From positions 32,001 to 96,000 of the forward strand of contig CAZALK010000008.1 of NCBI GenBank assembly GCA_964486045.1: a DNA stretch of 64,000 nt, written 5' to 3'. Each line of letters opens with the position of its first letter. Positions within the stretch are counted from its first letter, which is position 1. The position numbers and the translations under genes were made by a program. Source of the DNA: an uncultured archaeon (GTDB lineage: Archaea; Asgardarchaeota; Lokiarchaeia; Sigyniarchaeales; SOKP01). This document shows, one piece after another, positions 38,515 through 47,138 of this stretch. The notes beneath the pieces are model-generated. The model was not told the origin of the DNA. It did not search any database and saw only the letters and a list, made by a program, of their open reading frames with translations.

Positions 38515-39150
38515 ATGAATTATAGATTAGTGAAACTAATATATCCGGTTAAGTCTAAAGAAGGAAATTTAACACGCATTACTTCATTAAAAGTTCTCTT
38601 GAGGAATGAAAACAGCACAATTTATAACACAATAGCTCGATTTGAAAAAGAAATTGATTCAAAACTAAACGAGACAGTCAAGGAAGTTAAAAAAATGGTG
38701 TTATTGAGAGAAGTGATCAACCTTCACAACATTAATGGCATTAAGAATGTGAACCAGATAAGATCCATGGTAAAACAAATAAAAAATGGAAAAGATATTT
38801 TATCTCCGCGCGGATTCCCAAATATTAAATTAGTAAAGACTAAGGAATTGGAGTGGATCTTATTTGATGGACACCATTCTTTACTTTCCTATATGGTTGC
38901 GGAAAGAAAATATTTACATGAAGTCCCGCATTTTGTTGTCGAAAATAGCAGTGGTTATGTAAATGATAAAGAAATTCTTATCTTTTTTGGATTACATTCA
39001 TCTAAATTGCATAATTCTAATTGTAGAAATTATGTAATTAATTGGCAAGCACCAAGGGAAAAGCAATTATGTAAACGAGAGCAAAATAATATAGGTGAAC
39101 TCATCGATTCAACTAGATTAACCCAATTTGATGAGAGAGAACTTTCTTAA
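38515..39150 (+). CDS. Hypothetical protein with ParB/sulfiredoxin-like motif
   Basis: PNIKL...WILFDGHHSL resembles the ParB/Srx DGHHR motif with R replaced by S. Confidence 0.5.
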   Translation: MNYRLVKLIYPVKSKEGNLTRITSLKVLLRNENSTIYNTIARFEKEIDSKLNETVKEVKKMVLLREVINLHNINGIKNVNQIRSMVKQIKNGKDILSPRGFPNIKLVKTKELEWILFDGHHSLLSYMVAERKYLHEVPHFVVENSSGYVNDKEILIFFGLHSSKLHNSNCRNYVINWQAPREKQLCKREQNNIGELIDSTRLTQFDERELS

Positions 39151-39178
39151 GTAAATAAAACCTTCCTCTGTGACTTTT

Positions 39179-39218
39179 TGTTGTTTTTTATACGTTTTAA
39201 AACCGCAAAATTAAAAAT
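39179..39218 (+). repeat. 40-bp direct repeat, right copy
   Basis: tgttgttttttatacgttttaaaaccgcaaaattaaaaat; 37/40 identical to 32117-32156. Confidence 0.85.
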
Positions 39219-39228
39219 TTATAACACC

Positions 39229-39236
39229 TTTATATA
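39229..39236 (+). promoter_or_regulatory. Candidate TATA box of tRNA-Thr
   Basis: TTTATATA starting 26 nt upstream of the tRNA 5' end. Confidence 0.5.
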
Positions 39237-39254
39237 AAATATAGTAATAATTTC

Positions 39255-39384
39255 GCCTCCGTGGCTTAGTGGTAGAGCAGCAGACATTAGTAATAAATTA
39301 TACTACTCTGTAATTGTAATCTGCCGGCCGTGGGTTCAATTGGGTTGGACGCTGTGTTTTATCCTGAATATCCCACCGGGGGCT
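39255..39384 (+). tRNA. tRNA-Thr(UGU) with two introns (39286-39313 at 32/33; 39341-39370 at 59/60)
   Basis: Spliced form GCCTCCG TG GCTT AGTGGTA GAGC A GCAGA CTTGTAA TCTGC CGGCC GTGGG TTCAATT CCCAC CGGGGGC T folds as a cloverleaf; intron 2 forms a strict BHB, intron 1 a relaxed BHB. Confidence 0.9.
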
Positions 39385-39642
39385 TATATTAACCTATATT
39401 CAATCTTATTCTCCTTAATTAATTCATCATTTAATTACTTCTTTAACTACTTGAATAAAATTTATGTTTTGAATTTTTCAAGATATTTATATATTGCATA
39501 AGCTTAATTAGCATCAACAATTACAGTGAAAATCTTCAAACTCTGGTTTATAATTAAAGATTTCTTAATTCTAAATTTTTAATAATATTACATTTTTTAA
39601 TTATAGGAGTATTATATTTCCTACCTTAAGTCTACTAGTATT

Positions 39643-41226
39643 ATGAATAAAATTAATAGAGTCATTCTTTGCATAATTGACGATTTAAGATCTGATCACC
39701 TATTTAATTTTATCGAAAGAGGTTTACTTCCGAATATTAAGAAATTGATGGAAGATGGCCTATATTCTAAAAATTGTATAACTGATTTCCCTCCTATTAC
39801 GTACCCTACTCAAGTTTCGATGCTCACAGGAACGTATACTGGAAATTATAAAAAAGAGTATTGTCATGGTGTACCATTAATGAATTGGATGGGTCGTGAT
39901 ACTGCACCACCAATTCTAAGAAATTATACGGCTAGAAATATACAAATATATAAATTAAGTAACGACATTGGAGATAAAAGCAAAACTATTTTTGAAATGG
40001 CGAGAGAGGAGAATACGGCAAGTATTGGAGAGTTTGTTAACAGAGGGGCAAACTACTTTTTTCCTGAGAGAAAGACTAAACTCGCAATGTATTATCTTGT
40101 CTTAGCCATTCCTCGAAATAATAAAAAAATGATGGTCAGAGCGGACTCTGGAATCGTACATAAGTTAATTGATGTATTCAAAAGACCCAAAAGATACTTT
40201 AAGACCTCTGAAGCACCTGTTGTATCTGTGTTATGGTTTATGACTCCTGACATCCTATTGCACTACTTCGGTTATAATTCACAGATTTATAAATTGAATA
40301 TTTTGCATATTGATAAGGTTATAGGTGTTTTACTCCAAGCATTGAAAAGAATGGGATATCTTAACGACACAGCAATAGCAATAACATCTGATCATGGAAA
40401 TTATGGAGCACAGAGATTAGGGAACGTTGCTAATTTTTTTAAGGGTAATTTACTTACTCATTACCATCCTCGTAGAAATCTAAAGGGAAACATGAATATA
40501 TCTAAATATGATGGAGTTGGCTTCTTTAACTTCAAAGGTAAGAGTAATTTAAACAAATTAAACATCTGGTCTCACCCTACAATAGAGGAAATGGAAAATT
40601 ATGGTCCTAAGAAGGTAAATTTACTACATGAATTATTTAAAATCAAAGGAAGCCATTTAATGTATTATAGGGATGAGAATAACACAGTTGAAAAGGGAAT
40701 TATTCACTTAAAACGGAAGATTAAAAAATCAAAGAAGATAATTTCTGGAGCAATCGAATACACAGGTAAGGGTGATAGTTACCAGACAAAGTACATCTTG
40801 AATAATGATGAGAATGATATTTTTGGTTATCTAGATGATGAAAGAGCAAGTAAATTATTGGATAACAAATTCCACACGATCCAAGAATGGTTGAGTATGA
40901 CTTATCACCTTGATTATCCTTTGCATCCTGATCTAATCCCACGTCATTTCAAAAATCCCAGGAGTAGTGATATAATTTTGAGCAACGATGGCTCTGTTGT
41001 TTTTAATTTGAACAATGGGAAGAGGGGAAATAAAAATATCTATAATCATGATAGGGGTATAAGAGAATGTATGAATGTACCCCTAATTATCGGTGGGTCT
41101 TCAGATATTCCGCGTATCAATGTACCTTTTTGTAAGACAACGGATATTGTTCCAACTCTATTAAAGATGTTAGGAAAGAAATCACATAAGAGCGTTGTAG
41201 GGCAGAGTTTAGTACAATCGTTGTAA
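39643..41226 (+). CDS. Alkaline phosphatase superfamily (nucleotide pyrophosphatase/phosphodiesterase) protein
   Basis: IIDDL, FPPITYP (Thr nucleophile), PDILLH, TSDHG, DIVPT. Confidence 0.85.
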   Translation: MNKINRVILCIIDDLRSDHLFNFIERGLLPNIKKLMEDGLYSKNCITDFPPITYPTQVSMLTGTYTGNYKKEYCHGVPLMNWMGRDTAPPILRNYTARNIQIYKLSNDIGDKSKTIFEMAREENTASIGEFVNRGANYFFPERKTKLAMYYLVLAIPRNNKKMMVRADSGIVHKLIDVFKRPKRYFKTSEAPVVSVLWFMTPDILLHYFGYNSQIYKLNILHIDKVIGVLLQALKRMGYLNDTAIAITSDHGNYGAQRLGNVANFFKGNLLTHYHPRRNLKGNMNISKYDGVGFFNFKGKSNLNKLNIWSHPTIEEMENYGPKKVNLLHELFKIKGSHLMYYRDENNTVEKGIIHLKRKIKKSKKIISGAIEYTGKGDSYQTKYILNNDENDIFGYLDDERASKLLDNKFHTIQEWLSMTYHLDYPLHPDLIPRHFKNPRSSDIILSNDGSVVFNLNNGKRGNKNIYNHDRGIRECMNVPLIIGGSSDIPRINVPFCKTTDIVPTLLKMLGKKSHKSVVGQSLVQSL

Positions 41227-41256
41227 AAATAGATTGATACAGAAGAAGTAAAAAAC

Positions 41257-41883
41257 TTAGGCGTTTCTTTTCCTCTTCTGTTTTTCCATATTTTTTGTTA
41301 GGAGTCTAATTGATTCACTTCTTGCTTTTAATAAACTCCTTTCTGTAATCCCTTCCATTTCTTTCGTGGGTAAGATTTTCTCCTTCAACACTCTTTTAAA
41401 TAACAGATATTCATCTTTCCCACTGATAAAAGGATTTACTTTTTCATTATAAATGCACTCATTAATGGTGGTATTTTTACCATTACAATTACCTTCGGTG
41501 AGGTCGAATTGCAAATTTCTAAATGCTATAAATGCTAAAAAACAGTGTACCATCGGTACATAAGGTATTTTGTATTTTTTTAGAATTTTATTTGCTCCTG
41601 TTGAAATTTTTTCTGTAAATTTATATACACATACATGTTTATAGAGGGGGATATTGAGTTCTTCTGCAAGACCTGCAATAACTGCATGCTTTGATGTGCA
41701 AGTTCCCTTTTTCTCTTTAAAAAAAATCAATTTATCATCATAATTTGAGTTATAACCATATTCAATACCATGTACATATTCACAAGCTTGCTTAAATGAA
41801 TTGATTCCAAGCTCCAAAAATTTTCTTGATATTTCTCCTACAGGTTTAATTTCAGCATCTGGTAATTTATCATATGAATCCAT
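41257..41883 (-). CDS. Transglutaminase-like protein
   Basis: KGTCTSKH, HCFL, FDLT give a plausible Cys-His-Asp triad. Confidence 0.55.
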   Translation of the reverse strand: MDSYDKLPDAEIKPVGEISRKFLELGINSFKQACEYVHGIEYGYNSNYDDKLIFFKEKKGTCTSKHAVIAGLAEELNIPLYKHVCVYKFTEKISTGANKILKKYKIPYVPMVHCFLAFIAFRNLQFDLTEGNCNGKNTTINECIYNEKVNPFISGKDEYLLFKRVLKEKILPTKEMEGITERSLLKARSESIRLLTKNMEKQKRKRNA

Positions 41884-42093
41884 AAATATCTCCTACTAAT
41901 AACACTCAAGACACATTATTTGATATAGATCTGAATTCGAAAAAGAACTTAAAGATTTCACCTTTAGTCTATTGCTAAATTCTTTAGATAAATAAGTTAT
42001 AATTTCTATATATTCTATATAGATGAACTTAATAAAATATATTGATAATTTTTTATATATAGAATTTTTATAATCAACAAGTTGAGAATTTAA

Positions 42094-43098
42094 ATGTCAT
42101 TTCATATGGAAACTAGAAAGGTACAGAAAACTGGAGGGTCATCCTATATCATAAGTTTGCCGAAAGCTTGGATAACCAGGCATGGTGTTGAAAAAAACGA
42201 TACACTCGGAATTCTGAATCAACCAGATGGTAGTCTATTAATAACGCCACAATTTGAAAATGAAAAAATACAGAAAACTAAAGAAATAGATGCTGAGGAT
42301 TTTCCTGATGATAACTTTTTATTCCGAGTGCTAATAGGTGCGTACATTATGGGATTTTCTATAATTGTTATTAAATCAAGTAAAAAATTTGAACCACATA
42401 TAAGGGATACTATAAGAAAATTTACCCGAATAGCCATAGGTCCTGAAATTGAAGAAGAATCCAACAATTTCATAAAAATTAAAGATCTAGTAAATCCCAG
42501 GGAGATGTCATTCGAAAAAACGATACGGCGAATGTATATTCTTGCACAAGGTATGTTCGAAGATTCTATTAATGCTCTAAAAACGGGAAACTCGAACCTC
42601 GCAAAAACAGTTATAAAAAGCGATAATGATGTTGATAGATTACACTATTTAATCATGCGGCAAGTAAATATTGCATTATCAGATATAATATTATGCAGAA
42701 AAATGGGTGTGACATTAGAAGGTGCTGTTCAATTTCAGCAAATAAGTCGTTTCCTAGAAAGGATTGCTGACCACGCTGTAAAGATTTCAAAAAATGTTTT
42801 AAACTTTGTTAACAATGAAATCATTACGGAGTTGAAAGAAGAAATTGAAAATGCTAGTAAACTTTCCTTAGAATTGCTTAAAAGAAGCTTAGATGCATGG
42901 CTTCAAAAGGACATCAATCTTGCTAATGAAAATATAGAAAAAATTAAAAATCTAGTTTTAGCCACAGAAAAAATCAGCTTTAACTCCAGCAATAATACTG
43001 AATCTTCTATTGCCATTGGATACGTTATTGAGAGTATAAGAAGAACGGCAGAATATTCTGGGGATATATCCGAGGTAATTATAAACAAATTAATTTAA
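42094..43098 (+). CDS. phoU: Archaeal phosphate uptake regulator (AbrB N-terminus + two PhoU domains)
   Basis: RKVQKTGGSSYIISLPKAW; DNDVDRL; LERIADHA; SIRRTAEYS. Confidence 0.92.
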   Translation: MSFHMETRKVQKTGGSSYIISLPKAWITRHGVEKNDTLGILNQPDGSLLITPQFENEKIQKTKEIDAEDFPDDNFLFRVLIGAYIMGFSIIVIKSSKKFEPHIRDTIRKFTRIAIGPEIEEESNNFIKIKDLVNPREMSFEKTIRRMYILAQGMFEDSINALKTGNSNLAKTVIKSDNDVDRLHYLIMRQVNIALSDIILCRKMGVTLEGAVQFQQISRFLERIADHAVKISKNVLNFVNNEIITELKEEIENASKLSLELLKRSLDAWLQKDINLANENIEKIKNLVLATEKISFNSSNNTESSIAIGYVIESIRRTAEYSGDISEVIINKLI

Positions 43099-43200
43099 AT
43101 TAATGAATTTGAAATCTAGAATTTTAAATAAGTAATTCTGTTAAATTACTTGATTTACCTTAAAATGATTATAATCCGGTGCGGTAATGATTATATATTG

Positions 43201-43875
43201 TTAATAATTTGTTAACAACACTAAGATATAATCAGCTACAGCCTCAATAGCATCTGATATCGCTTCTAAAATATCGAAAACGTTCCCTGCAGTGAAAATT
43301 GTAAAGTAATTTACAGTGTAAGCAGTTTCTTGCAAATATTTTCTTAACTTTATATTAAGTAGATCCACGGTATGTTCAAATTGGTTAACTTTTTGCGAGA
43401 ATTCCTTAATATTTTCTCTTTCTTCAAGTAGATCGAGTACAAGCTTATCGAGAAATTGTCCGCATTCAACAGTAGTTTTCATCATTTCCAGGATAGTTTT
43501 GATTGTTTCATTACTACTTTCTTCCCAAAATTTCATTGGTATTGTGTTGATTCTACGAGCAACGCCTGTACAACAATTTGCAACATCATCCATCCTTTTA
43601 ATTAAATGAGAGAGATTTTGACGTACGCTTGGATTTAATTCACCACTTGAAACATCTTGTTGGATTTCTCTCCTCAATTTATCAGCATCATTTTCTAAAT
43701 TATCGACTTTCTGAAATAAATCATGTGATTTTTCGGTGTCCTTTTCGTTTAATAAAACTTGTAAACCAAGATCTAAATTCTTTATACATTCTTGAACTAT
43801 TTTAGCATGTTTAACTGTTTTTTCTAAGGCATTTACCGCTGTTTCTCTTTTCAAATATTCAATTAAAGAACCTAT
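43201..43875 (-). CDS. DUF47 family phosphate transport accessory protein
   Basis: LENDADKLRREI, MDDVAN, EAISDAIE; frame extends from the TTG (43854) to an ATA at 43875 after AGGTGG. Confidence 0.85.
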   Translation of the reverse strand: MGSLIEYLKRETAVNALEKTVKHAKIVQECIKNLDLGLQVLLNEKDTEKSHDLFQKVDNLENDADKLRREIQQDVSSGELNPSVRQNLSHLIKRMDDVANCCTGVARRINTIPMKFWEESSNETIKTILEMMKTTVECGQFLDKLVLDLLEERENIKEFSQKVNQFEHTVDLLNIKLRKYLQETAYTVNYFTIFTAGNVFDILEAISDAIEAVADYILVLLTNY

Positions 43876-43934
43876 TTATACCACCTTTTTGTTTCAGTTA
43901 TTATTATATATTTTTTTAATCTTTTTAATATTTA

Positions 43935-44972
43935 TCATGATAATCCTATAGCACTTAAACTATAATATAAAAATCCAGCTAAAAGAGCTGCTATTGGAAA
44001 TGTAAGGACCCAATAGATTCCCATTTTGCCTAGACCTTTAAAGTCTACTTCTTTCTTTTGGGCAATACTCATACCAATTATACAAAATACGATTACGTGT
44101 GAATGACTGATTGGGAGAGACATGAAAGTTGCTATCATTAAAATAATCGCAGAGCTTATTTGAACAATGAATCCCTCACTAGGACGGGTATCTATCATAT
44201 AAGAGGCGAGATTTCTGATCACATAACGAGCAGCGAAATAAATACCAAGAAAAGCAAAAACTGCACAAAAAATTGCAAAAGTCACGTATTGACTATTATT
44301 AATAGAACCATTCTCTCTGAGACCAAGTAGGATGCCTAAAGCCTCCCCCGAGTTAGCTCCAACCCACATCTCGGCAAAAATAACTGCAACTAACAATAGC
44401 CATTTAAATCTTTTCTCAGATTTTTCAATTTGATTTAACCCTTTGAGACGAGATAAAAAAAATTTCGCACTTACCTTATAGAGGACGTACGTTATTAAGA
44501 AGCCTGATAATGGTGATATAAACCAGCTGAGTACCACGTTTCCTAACTTTGTATAGTTAAATGCGGTATTGAGATCAACCCCACCTTGAAATATTGCGTA
44601 AACAATAACTACACCGACAATACTACCGATTAAAGAATGTGTACTACTTAAGGGTATCCCTGCAAAACTACCCACGACTAACCATATAATACTACTAATT
44701 AAAACCGCTAGAAGCATAATATTAGTGTATCTTGATTCTAAACCTTCACCTAAAAGACTCCTACCTATTGTTTCAGGAACAAAACCTCCACTAAAGATTA
44801 TCATCCCTGCCCCTATTGCGGCACCTCCTATAATTAAAGCAATTTTAAACTTGAGTACACCAGCACCGATAAAAGAAGCAAGTGTCTCGTCATTAGCTCC
44901 GATCGAGAAGGCGAGCGCCACCGCCATAGCTATTAAAACTATAATTAGAATTAAATCAACTTCGGTAGCCAT
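43935..44972 (-). CDS. pit: Inorganic phosphate transporter (PiT family)
   Basis: GAND, PLSSTH, GANS, PISHSH signature repeats; multi-TM. Confidence 0.92.
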   Translation of the reverse strand: MATEVDLILIIVLIAMAVALAFSIGANDETLASFIGAGVLKFKIALIIGGAAIGAGMIIFSGGFVPETIGRSLLGEGLESRYTNIMLLAVLISSIIWLVVGSFAGIPLSSTHSLIGSIVGVVIVYAIFQGGVDLNTAFNYTKLGNVVLSWFISPLSGFLITYVLYKVSAKFFLSRLKGLNQIEKSEKRFKWLLLVAVIFAEMWVGANSGEALGILLGLRENGSINNSQYVTFAIFCAVFAFLGIYFAARYVIRNLASYMIDTRPSEGFIVQISSAIILMIATFMSLPISHSHVIVFCIIGMSIAQKKEVDFKGLGKMGIYWVLTFPIAALLAGFLYYSLSAIGLS

Positions 44973-44994
44973 GACAAATCCTTAATACTTTTTT

Positions 44995-45672
44995 TTAATC
45001 GAAAACTAGATATTTGGTTGCTAAGAACTGGATGGATTCCGCAAAAGTTTTAACATGGTCAGCCAGCATCATTATGTCTTGAATCAATTCTTTTAGATAA
45101 ATGAAAGTTCTTGATAAGTAATCCATATCGTAATTGTAGAGACGGTTTAAAATTTGCCATTCTTCTTTCCTCATTCTACGCCTTTCTTCCTTAATACTTT
45201 CACAGACGTCATGAGCCTTACTTAAATTGGAACCGATTAACTTAACAGCCTCAGAGAGCTCATTTGAAATTACTTTTAAAGATTTTAGAACGCTTCGAAT
45301 TTGCAATTTAAATTTTTCATCAGGAAAAACTGCTCGATATAGGAGTAATTTGTTGGCTATAAATTCCCCGATGTTTTTAATTTCATTGATTTTAGCAAAG
45401 AGTTTTAATCTATCTGTTTTGGAAAACATTAATTTTGATTTAAAAATCTTCGATTCGAACCGTTTCTTAATTTTGACTTCAGAAAATGTGTCTATTACAG
45501 ATTGCAGGTTTTCTTCAAAACTTTCGAAATTCTCCTCCACAAGAAACTCAATACCTTCAATTAATTTCAAGTTCTGTTCATTAATTACATCCATAAATAG
45601 ATGAGTCAATTTGTCAATGCTTAGTTTGTTTAATTCTTTATCATCTATAGACTTCTCTTCTATCTCTTTCAT
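44995..45672 (-). CDS. DUF47-like phosphate transport accessory protein
   Basis: Helical PhoU-like fold, MLADHVK; first gene of the DUF47-pit-DUF47 run. Confidence 0.65.
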   Translation of the reverse strand: MKEIEEKSIDDKELNKLSIDKLTHLFMDVINEQNLKLIEGIEFLVEENFESFEENLQSVIDTFSEVKIKKRFESKIFKSKLMFSKTDRLKLFAKINEIKNIGEFIANKLLLYRAVFPDEKFKLQIRSVLKSLKVISNELSEAVKLIGSNLSKAHDVCESIKEERRRMRKEEWQILNRLYNYDMDYLSRTFIYLKELIQDIMMLADHVKTFAESIQFLATKYLVFD

Positions 45673-45736
45673 TTAAACCAATTAAATCAAAAATTATTGT
45701 TATTTAAATAAGTATTTCATAGCTTTTAAGCAGATA

Positions 45737-45760
45737 CTATATATTTCTATAGATCTATAT
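45737..45760. promoter_or_regulatory. Candidate PhoU/AbrB operator (CTATA repeats)
   Basis: ctatatatttctatagatctatat; similar ctatatattctatatagat at 42006-42024 upstream of phoU. Confidence 0.35.
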
Positions 45761-46048
45761 GGAATTTCGTGTAACCACGCTTATTAATTATTAGTGCATT
45801 AAGTAGTGAACAAAAAGAAAAATTAAAATGCAATTAAGTTAGAAAATAAGCATGTAAAACTTTCAAAGTCCATGCTCTCCTCTTCCTCTCCTAAGAATTA
45901 AAAATTAGAATTAAAAATTTGCTTTAGCTGACTTTTCCAGCGTTTGAATAAGAGAAAAAGAGAATTATATAATATTCTTAATAAACAAAAATTACACCGA
46001 AAACAGACCAAAAACTGTATAAAAAGATATTCTTTATATACTCAAAGA

Positions 46049-47035
46049 TCAAGAAACTTTGAAATAACCGTAATCGTCAAGGTTTCTCTTTAGTTTTCCA
46101 ATAGCTTCCGGAAATATAGGAATGAGATTTTCATCTAAATATAACTCTTCTAATGAACTTAGCTCACTTAAGAAAGGCGGGATTTGACTCAATTGGTTAC
46201 TTGCTAAATCTAATAACTTTAGACGTGTGAGGTTCTTAAGTGACTCGGGTATTGTCTTAAAATAATTACGTCGCAAATCTAAATGCTTTAAATACTGAAG
46301 ACCGCTAAGAGATGGGGGAAATAATTCGAAAGAATTGTAAGACAAGACTAGATACTTAAGACTTTTTAGTCTCACGATATCCTCCGGGATTATTTTGCCA
46401 TTGTTAAAGATTCTCAATCCCGTAATTCTGAGATCTTTACCAATGTAATAAACGTTACTTGGGTCGCCAATACCGGTTATATCCTCCAAATATCTAGCAA
46501 ACGTAAAATGTTTCCCTATCTTTCTCTCTATGGTTTCAAGAACTAAAACATCGTCGATAAAGATCATACTTCGAAGCTCGTCTTCGGTCAAGTAATCGAT
46601 GTACCTATTAAAAACTAAATATTCCCTTGTCTTCTGACCCCCCTCAAATAGACGTTTTAAAATCTCAAGTTTAAATATTATACTAGCCTTAGCCTCACCG
46701 ACGTCGGTTAGTTTTTTTAATAGGGGGAATGCTAAGCTTCTATGAATCAAACGCGTATCATAATCATGTTCTACCCATGCCTGCAGGTTGGAACAATGCC
46801 CCCAAAACTCTTCCTTTGGAGTTATGCTATTCTTGGTGGTATCTGAACTTCTATCTAATCGCTTAAGTGACTCTGACGCTTCATCTATAGAATGAATATC
46901 GTCAAAATCCCTAACATTTTCTTGGGAAATATCTAACAAAATAGACTTGCATTGTCTAAACTTTTTACCCTTTATATATATGATAGTTTTATCTCCCCTA
47001 AGAGAGAGAGATATATATTCATTGACTTTAAACAT
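46049..47035 (-). CDS. GHCSN-domain protein with C-terminal leucine-rich repeats
   Basis: EEFWGHCSNLQAWVEHDYDTRL; LRRs LKYLVLSYN, LKHLDLRRN, LKLLDLASN, LEELYLDEN. Confidence 0.9.
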   Translation of the reverse strand: MFKVNEYISLSLRGDKTIIYIKGKKFRQCKSILLDISQENVRDFDDIHSIDEASESLKRLDRSSDTTKNSITPKEEFWGHCSNLQAWVEHDYDTRLIHRSLAFPLLKKLTDVGEAKASIIFKLEILKRLFEGGQKTREYLVFNRYIDYLTEDELRSMIFIDDVLVLETIERKIGKHFTFARYLEDITGIGDPSNVYYIGKDLRITGLRIFNNGKIIPEDIVRLKSLKYLVLSYNSFELFPPSLSGLQYLKHLDLRRNYFKTIPESLKNLTRLKLLDLASNQLSQIPPFLSELSSLEELYLDENLIPIFPEAIGKLKRNLDDYGYFKVS

Positions 47036-47138
47036 GTTTATATAAAACCCTTACTATATGGAGAAATAAAGTTATACTTTATTAAATTTTAACCTTATAA
47101 TTTGAGCAGACCTAATATTTTATAAAAAAAATAAAAAA

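Noticed and set aside
39255-39384. tRNA-Tyr(GUA) reading
   Set aside because: BHB cleavage positions give the 7-nt loop CUUGUAA (anticodon UGU); a GUA register would give a 6-nt loop
43130-43151. Hairpin aagtaatt/aattactt between convergent genes as a terminator
   Set aside because: Weak AT-rich stem; archaeal terminators are mainly T-tracts, so it is not supportable
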